Origin: Eledone cirrhosa
Lineage: Eukaryota
NCBI GenBank assembly: GCA_964016885.1
Contig: OZ024748.1
Location: 27,528,001 to 27,592,000 of the forward strand
Length of the DNA stretch: 64,000 bases
Direction of reading: 5' to 3'
Positions 56,008 to 64,000 of this stretch are shown in pieces. The notes under the pieces are model-generated. The model made no database searches and was not told the origin of the DNA. It saw only the letters and a list, made by a program, of their open reading frames with translations. The number at the start of each line of letters is the position of its first letter. The first letter of the stretch is position 1. Position numbers and translations under genes: made by a program.

Positions 56008-56312
56008 ATGGATGAAAGGCAAAGTTGACCTCGGCGGGGATTTGAACTCAGAGAGCCGGAATGAATACCACAAAGCATTCTATATGACGTTCAAACGACT
56101 GACAATTCGCCGCCTATCTATATATCTATAATTGTTTCTACTTTAGGCACAAGGCCAGCAAATACCCAGTATATTACTGGTACTTTATTCTATCGACCCC
56201 GTAAGGATGAAAGGCAAAGTTAACCTCGGCGGGATTTGAACTCAGATCGTAAAGGGACATAACTATGCTGGAAAGCATGGCGTCCGACCCTCTACCGATA
56301 CTGCCAATCCAC
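56008..56312 (-). mobile_element. Partial SINE plus full family A SINE in tandem
   Basis: Two GGATTTGAACTCAG units; family A body. Confidence 0.85.
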
Positions 56313-56324
56313 AATGAGAATTAT

Positions 56325-56363
<39 letters not shown>

Positions 56364-56373
56364 AATATGTGGG

Positions 56374-56692
56374 AAGGCGCATGGCTTAGTGGTTAGAGCA
56401 TTGGGCTTGCAATCAAAAGAATGTGAGTTCGATTCTCGGACTGGGTAATGCGTTGTGTCCTTCAGTAAGACACTTTATTTCACGTTGCTCCAGTTTACTC
56501 AGCTGTAGAAATGAGTTGGGACATCACTGGAGCCAAGCTGTATCATCCATTGTCTTTCCCTTGGCGTGGAGAAGGGAGGCTGGTATACATGGGCGACTTC
56601 TGGTCTTCCACAAACAACTTTGTCCGGACTTGTGCTTCGTAGGGAAACTTTCTAGGTGCAAATCACACGGTCATTCATGACCGAAGGGAGGT
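56374..56692 (+). mobile_element. tRNA-derived SINE (family B)
   Basis: A box TGGCTTAGTGG, B box GAGTTCGATTC, GTGTCCTTCAGTAAGACACTTTATTTCAC. Confidence 0.85.
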
Positions 56693-56693
56693 C

Positions 56694-56750
<57 letters not shown>

Positions 56751-57500
56751 CATACACACGCAAATATACAAAGACACACACCTACTTACATACATGCACA
56801 CATACGCACTCAAACATACACACGCGCAAATACACAAACAATTTTTTTTTATCGAGGGTGCATCTTTTGAAATATAGTTCGAGTGATGTCTTGCACTCAT
56901 TGTCATACATTCCAAACATTGTACTCTCTAGATGCAGCACACTCTGGTTGTTGTACACTCCAACTTACACTCCACTTCAGCAACTGTACACTCCAACTTA
57001 AACTCCACCTACTCCTTATCAGCCATTATTCTTCAAAGGTCTTTCGTGTTTCCTCCAGATATATAAGATGAGCGCAATTGTCAGTTCTGCGGCATTTATC
57101 ACTTCAAAAGCTTATAGGCGTCCATCTGTAACGCACAGTCTCAGACGACAGTCACTTCCGGCAACTTGTTTGTACACATACACAAATGCATACAAAGGCA
57201 TACACACACACACGCGCGCGCGCGCACACACACACACGCACGCACACAAACACACACAGACATATACATATATATGTGTGTGTGTGTGTATTTATACATA
57301 TACGTGTATATATATATATATATATGTATGTATGCGTGTGTGTGTGTGTGTATAGTATATATATATATATATATAAATATAGGTGTTAGGTATTTCCGAA
57401 GAAAAACCAAATGAAAAAAGAGTGCTCTGTGTATAGAACAGAGCTATTTAATTAGAAAGCGAACAACTTCAATATATAACTGTGTGGTTCACTTTCTAAT

Positions 57501-57540
<40 letters not shown>

Positions 57541-57675
57541 CAAAGAGATATTTAATTTGCTGGTAATTCAAAAAATGTATTTATTATAACAGATTCTTCG
57601 AAGCACTCTACAGGTTTCCTGGGGTATAATATCAATGATATTAATAAATGGAAACTATATTTATAAAACCATATT

Positions 57676-57741
57676 TATTTTATTATATATATTTCAAGGG
57701 TACCAAAAAAAACCTTGGTACGCTCTCATCAGATAAAATAC
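57676..57741 (-). ncRNA. Type I hammerhead ribozyme (family H1) within element 57537-57960
   Basis: Minus strand: tattttat-CUGAUGA-gag c gtacca..tggtac c ctt-GAAA-tatata-UA-ataaaata. Confidence 0.82.
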
Positions 57742-58110
57742 AAAATTTGTTTTATAAATAGTGACATACCCGTTAAACCAGACCTTATCGGTTCAGGTTC
57801 CATTTGGATAGTAAAAGAAAAAGAGGAACATTTCAAATCTTTAGGATGGATATGCAAATGAAGTAGAATCGTAGACTGAAAAAATCGTTATATTTAGACG
57901 CTAGGTAAATTAAAATAATTATTAGGATACTTTATAAGAGAAGATGAAGAAGAAGGAAGAAAGATAGGCTAATATTATTATTAGGGTGCAAGTAGATTTA
58001 AAAATTTTAAATTAAGTCAACATGAATGGACCTGTTATTTTTATCTAAGGACATTTTTTTTTCCAATTCCAGCCCGTTTGCCCCTTCAATCTATCCTATT
58101 TCTCATTCTT

Positions 58111-58146
58111 TCTTCTGATGAAAGACTAGCGTCCGAAATGTTAAGA
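58111..58146 (+). ncRNA. Degenerate minimal hammerhead-like motif
   Basis: tctt-CUGAUGA-aa gac tagc gtc c-GAAA-tg-UU-aaga; stems II and III imperfect. Confidence 0.45.
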
Positions 58147-58303
58147 CCCTCTTCCTGCTATTTCAAGCGTCATAATATAAATTATCAATAAATTATCACA
58201 TTCTATAATCTATATAATAAAAACGTGCGTGAAATTCAGCTTCAGATAAAGTACAGTTTCCGGTGGTAAACGGCTTATCACTGACCACAAATTGGGAGTA
58301 GAG

Positions 58304-58437
<134 letters not shown>

Positions 58438-59093
58438 GGAAATCAGTAAAATCGAATCTCTGGCGGTTTGCAAGTAAATTCGGCCTACTTATATGAAATG
58501 ATGAGTTAGCAAAGCACTCGATAAGATAGGACCTTAGAGTAATAACATACGTTTAAATAGCTTGACAAATCGAACATTGTGGCAGGCGAAACTAACACAC
58601 AATATATACCAAAGTAAGGATAGAACTAATCAGGTTGAGAAAAGTACACCTGGACAAATCAAACGAAGAATCGTTTAAAGTGTTTCTTTGAATCCGAAAT
58701 CAAATATCAGACTTACGTGAATGGCAAGCTCATGGTATTGGTGATCGAACGGAGGATTCAGTTTATCAACAGGTATTTCGTTCTGCCTAGGACCGGAGTG
58801 ATAAATTGTATGTTGCTGCTCCATGCGGCTAATCGTATCTATAGCTATCACGTGTTAATTCCGGTAAGGGAAATAACCCCCGGTTTTAGGCGGGTCATTC
58901 AAAATGCTAGCGAAAGGAAATATTTTAATTTCCGCTAATCATCATGATAAGCTCTCAACTAGATGTTATAAAACAAACACAAATAATTAACCAATCAACA
59001 GAATTGTCTAATTAAATTAATTAGTTAATTATTAAATCTAGGAGAATAATATAATTGGAAATCAGTAAAATCGAATCTCTGGCGGTTTGCAAG

Positions 59094-59125
<32 letters not shown>

Positions 59126-59196
59126 CACAACAGTGACCTTACACAAATACTTAAGTTTTGTTGGGTTTTAATTCAGTTTGTATATGTGTGTGTGTG

Positions 59197-59305
<109 letters not shown>

Positions 59306-59442
59306 GATATCCGTAAACAAAAAGCCAAGGAAATCAATGCTCAATCTATTACAAAACACCTTATTTAGTATAAGAAACGGTTCCTCCACCATACAGTGGT
59401 GGCCAAACGTTAAGTGTATGAAATTTTAATTTTTACATACAT

Positions 59443-59503
<61 letters not shown>

Positions 59504-59822
59504 TATATATAGTATATATATTGAGACAGAGCGAGAGAGAGAGAGAGACACACAAATTGAATGATTTGTGCCAGGGTGTTGGTGGGGGGAGGGACAAAAG
59601 TGGATGGTCGGGGGTTAGTAAGAACTCGTTATACAGATTTACAGGATTATAAGCGGACTAAAACCGCCATTGAGATGGAAAAAATGGCCAACAGAAGCGC
59701 TGCTACGCCGATTAGCAAATGATGTATGCTTCAATTCCACCTGGCGGTAACATTTGTCTTCATTTCTTTTGTTTTCCGTATCGTCTTTCGTGAAATTTCT
59801 ATCTTGTCCAATCCGTATGTTT

Positions 59823-59865
<43 letters not shown>

Positions 59866-60043
59866 TAATGTATATAGTTACGTATATGTATGTATATATA
59901 TACATATATATGTGTGTGTGTGTGTGGTTGTGTGTGTGTGTATAGGTATGCAGCTGCAATTCTTTGAACAATCCCGGCTTTATACTAATAGTCTGATTCA
60001 TTGATTGTTTTTATGCATATAACTATGTATATATGAATCTTTG

Positions 60044-60074
<31 letters not shown>

Positions 60075-60079
60075 ATGTA

Positions 60080-60112
<33 letters not shown>

Positions 60113-60343
60113 CTGAGTGTGTGCGTGTATGAATGTGTGTATATATATATATATATGATGTGTGTGTATGCATGTATATATAAACTGTGTGTATACGTAT
60201 ATGTGTGTGGGTGCGTGTATGCATAAATCTGTGTGTATATGTATATATGTCTTGCCATATACCTTACCTTTGTGTGTCTGTGTGTTAGATTCTACGTTTG
60301 TCTCTTTGTCATCCTCAATCTGTGTCTTTCCCTTTATCTCCCC

Positions 60344-60429
<86 letters not shown>

Positions 60430-60495
60430 ACTTCTCATTTATTTCCTTCCCCATTTCTACCATTCCACCTTCCACCTACCAATCTCTTCAATTAT

Positions 60496-60723
<228 letters not shown>

Positions 60724-61049
60724 CCTTTCTCTATTTCTTTCCCTTTCTTCCTCTTCCATCGACTATCAATCTCTTTAATTATTTCTCCCTCATTTTCTCT
60801 CTTTTTCTTCCTTATTCCTTTCTCTCACTGTTTCTACCTCCATTTCTGTCTCTCATCGTGTCTTACACCCCCTCTTTCCCTCTCTTCCCTTATTCGTTCC
60901 GTCTTTTCTCTTACATTTATTTCCTCGCCGATAAATCAATAATTATCGATCTGTTTACCTTTAATCTGAAGCAAACACGTTTAGTTTTACACGCAAACTG
61001 TCACTGACTTGCACCGACAGCTCACACTGTTTGCAATTGCAGTCGCTCA

Positions 61050-61200
61050 GCCGTTCAGCCGTGCAGACGAGCAGACGTTCAGCCGTGCAGGCGAGCAGAC
61101 CTTCAGACGTGCAGGCGAGCAGACGTTCAGCCGTGCAGGCGAGCAGACGTTCAGCCGTGTAGTCGAGCAGCCGTGCAGACGTGCAGACTTTCAGACGTAC
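61050..61200. repeat. 24-bp GC-rich minisatellite GCAGACGTTCAGCCGTGCAGGCGA, about 5-6 copies
   Basis: Direct reading. Confidence 0.88.
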
Positions 61201-61829
61201 AGGCTTGCAGCCAGTCATCGCTTGCACTTAAAAGTTTGCAAGCTGACGTAGCAAAATATATCACATCACAAGAACAGCAGTACTGTATTGTACTGAACTG
61301 TAGTGTACAGTGCAGTACAATACTAAACTCTATAGTACAGTATAATATTGTACTATACTGTAGCATATTGTAGTGTATTGTAGTGTACTGTAATGTATTG
61401 TAGTGTACAGTACAATAAAGTAATATCTTGTACTCTACAATACATAACAGTACAGCACGGTACATTACCGTTTCATAACTAAATTTATATCTTGTCTTAT
61501 GAAAGATGGAAGAACTCAATTCAAATTATACGAAAGAATGTTTTATTATATTTTTTTATCCAAGTGCTAAACAGTGCTTTATTACATCTGACAATTGTAC
61601 TTTATTAGTATTAGAGAGACAGAGGAAGAGAGAGACAGAGGGAGAGAGAGCGAGCAAATTTTCAGCCGGAGTCTTTAGAAAGAACTCAACTCAGATACCA
61701 ATCTAGTGATTGATCACACATGAGTGATAGTTTCTACTTGAGTGGTACTTAGAAGTCAGGCTGATGAGAAGAAGTGGGTGGTTGAGTGAAGCTCTGTTCT
61801 CAATGAAATGTTTCATATCATAGATAGAC

Positions 61830-64000
61830 ACCGTGTCGATAGAACCTCCACCACCAACACATCATCATCAAACAACACCACCACCATTACCTCAATATCA
61901 GACTCCGCCACCACTAGCACCTCTCTGTCAGATAGAACCACCACCACCACCATCACCACCACTAACACCTCTCTGTCAAACACCACCATCATCACCACCA
62001 CCATCATCAGCAAACAGCACCGCCACCACTATCTCACTATCAGACACCACCACCCTAACACCTCACTGTCAGACACCACCACCACCACTATCGCCACACT
62101 GTGAGACACCACCACCACCAACACCCCACTATCAGACACCACCACCACTAACACCTTACAATCAGACACCACCACAACCACTAACACCTCACTATCAGAC
62201 ACCACCACCACTAACACCTCACTATCAGACACCACCACCACTAACACCTCACTATCAGACACCACCACCACCACTATCACCTCACTGCCAGACACCACCA
62301 CCACCACTATCACCTCACTGTCAGACACCACCACCACTAACACCTCACTATCAGACACCACCACCACTAACACCCCACTATCAGACACCACCACCACTAA
62401 CACCTCACTATCAGACACCACCACCACTATCACCTCACTGTCAGACACTACCACCACTAACACCTCACTATCAGACACCACCACCACTAACACCTCACTA
62501 TCAGACACCACCACCACCACTAACACCTCACTATCAGACACCACCACCACCACTAACACCTCACTGTCAGACACCACCTTCACTAACACCTCACTATCAG
62601 ACACCACCACCACTAACACCTCACTATCAGACACCACCACCACTAACACCTCACTGTCAGACACAACCACCACCACTATCACCTCACTATCAGACACCAC
62701 CACCACTAACAACTCACTGTCAGACACAATCACCACCACTATCACCTCACTATCAGACACCACCACCACTACTAACACCTCACTATCAGACACCACCACC
62801 ACCACTAACACCTCACTATCAGACACCACCACCACTATCACCTCACTGTCAGACACCACCACCAATAACATCTCACTATCAGACACCACCACCACTAATA
62901 CCTCACTGTCAGACACCACCACCACCACTATCACCTCACTGTCAGACACCACCACCACTAATACCTCACTGTCAGACACCACCACCACTACCACTATCAC
63001 CTCACTGTCAGACACCACCACCACTAATACCTCACTGTCAGACACCACCACCACCACTATCACCTCACTATCAGACACCACCACCACTAACACCTCACTG
63101 TCAGACACCACCACCACTAACACTTCACTATCAGACACCACCACCACTATCACCTCACTGTCAGACACCACCACCACCACTATCACCTCACTGTCAGACA
63201 CCACCACCACTAACACCTCACTATCAGACACCACCACCAATAACACCTCACTGTCAGACACCACCACCACTAACAGCTCACTGTCACACACCACCACCAA
63301 TAACACCTCACTGTCAGACACCACCACCACTAGCAGCTCACTGTCAGACACCACCACCACTAACACCTCACTATCAGACACCACCCCCACCACTAACACC
63401 TCACTGTCAGAGACCACCACCACTAACACCTCACTATCAGACACCACCACCACTAACACCTCACTATCAGACACCACCACCACTATCACCTCACTGTCAG
63501 ACACCACCACCACCACTAACACCTCACTGTCGGACACCACCACCACTAACACTTCACTATCAGACACCACCAACACTAACACCTCACTGTCAGACACCAC
63601 CACCACCTCACTGTCAGACAACACCACCACTAACACCTCACTATCAGACACCACCAGCACTAACACCTCACTATCAGACACACCACCACCACTATCACCT
63701 CACTGTCAGACACCACCACCACTAACACCTCACTATTAGATACCCCCACCACTAACACCTCACTATCAGACACACCACCACCACTATCACCTCACTGTCA
63801 GACACCACCACCACTAATACCTCACTGTCAGACACCACCACCACCACTAACACCTCACTGTCAGACACCACCACCACTAACACCTCACTGTCAGACACCA
63901 CCACCACTAACACCTCACTGTCAGACACCACCACCACTAACACCTCACTGTCAGACACCACCACCACTAATACCTCACTGTCATACACCACCACCAACAC
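61830..64000. repeat. 30/33-bp minisatellite TCAGACA(CCA)nCTAACACCTCACT(A/G), running off the window end
   Basis: Direct reading; source of the QTPPPLTPHY and VVSDSEVL ORFs. Confidence 0.97.

Noticed and set aside
61833-63725. 630-aa extensin-like QTPPPLTPHY ORF and its antisense ORF
   Set aside because: Open on both strands because the unit is 30/33 bp; frame breaks near 63680; no signal peptide or splice evidence.

Overview
Eukaryotic, AT-rich, microsatellite-saturated DNA with no recognisable host protein-coding gene. The tRNA-derived SINE families and repeat landscape suggest a cephalopod (octopus-like) genome; this is inference. Most ORFs in the supplied track are translations of simple repeats. 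The real content is mobile-element debris: R4/Dong-like and Tx1-like LINE fragments, RTE fragments, Helitron pieces, a hAT relic, a Tc1/mariner-like MITE, many SINEs, and Penelope-like elements (one Neptune-type with an inverted pseudo-LTR, one Nematis-type fragment). The main hidden signal is RNA-level: about 15 type I hammerhead ribozyme (HHR) motifs with an intact CUGANGA/GAAA core plus several degenerate ones. Five sit in an apparently identical 310-bp tandem array (53187-54707) whose monomer is almost fully hairpinned, a candidate non-LTR retrozyme/circular RNA. A second unusual item is a compact SGNH/GDSL hydrolase gene split by two 55-57 nt GT-AG introns (48644-49439, minus strand) inside an unclassified ~3.5-kb block. 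All structures were read by eye; element boundaries are approximate unless stated.
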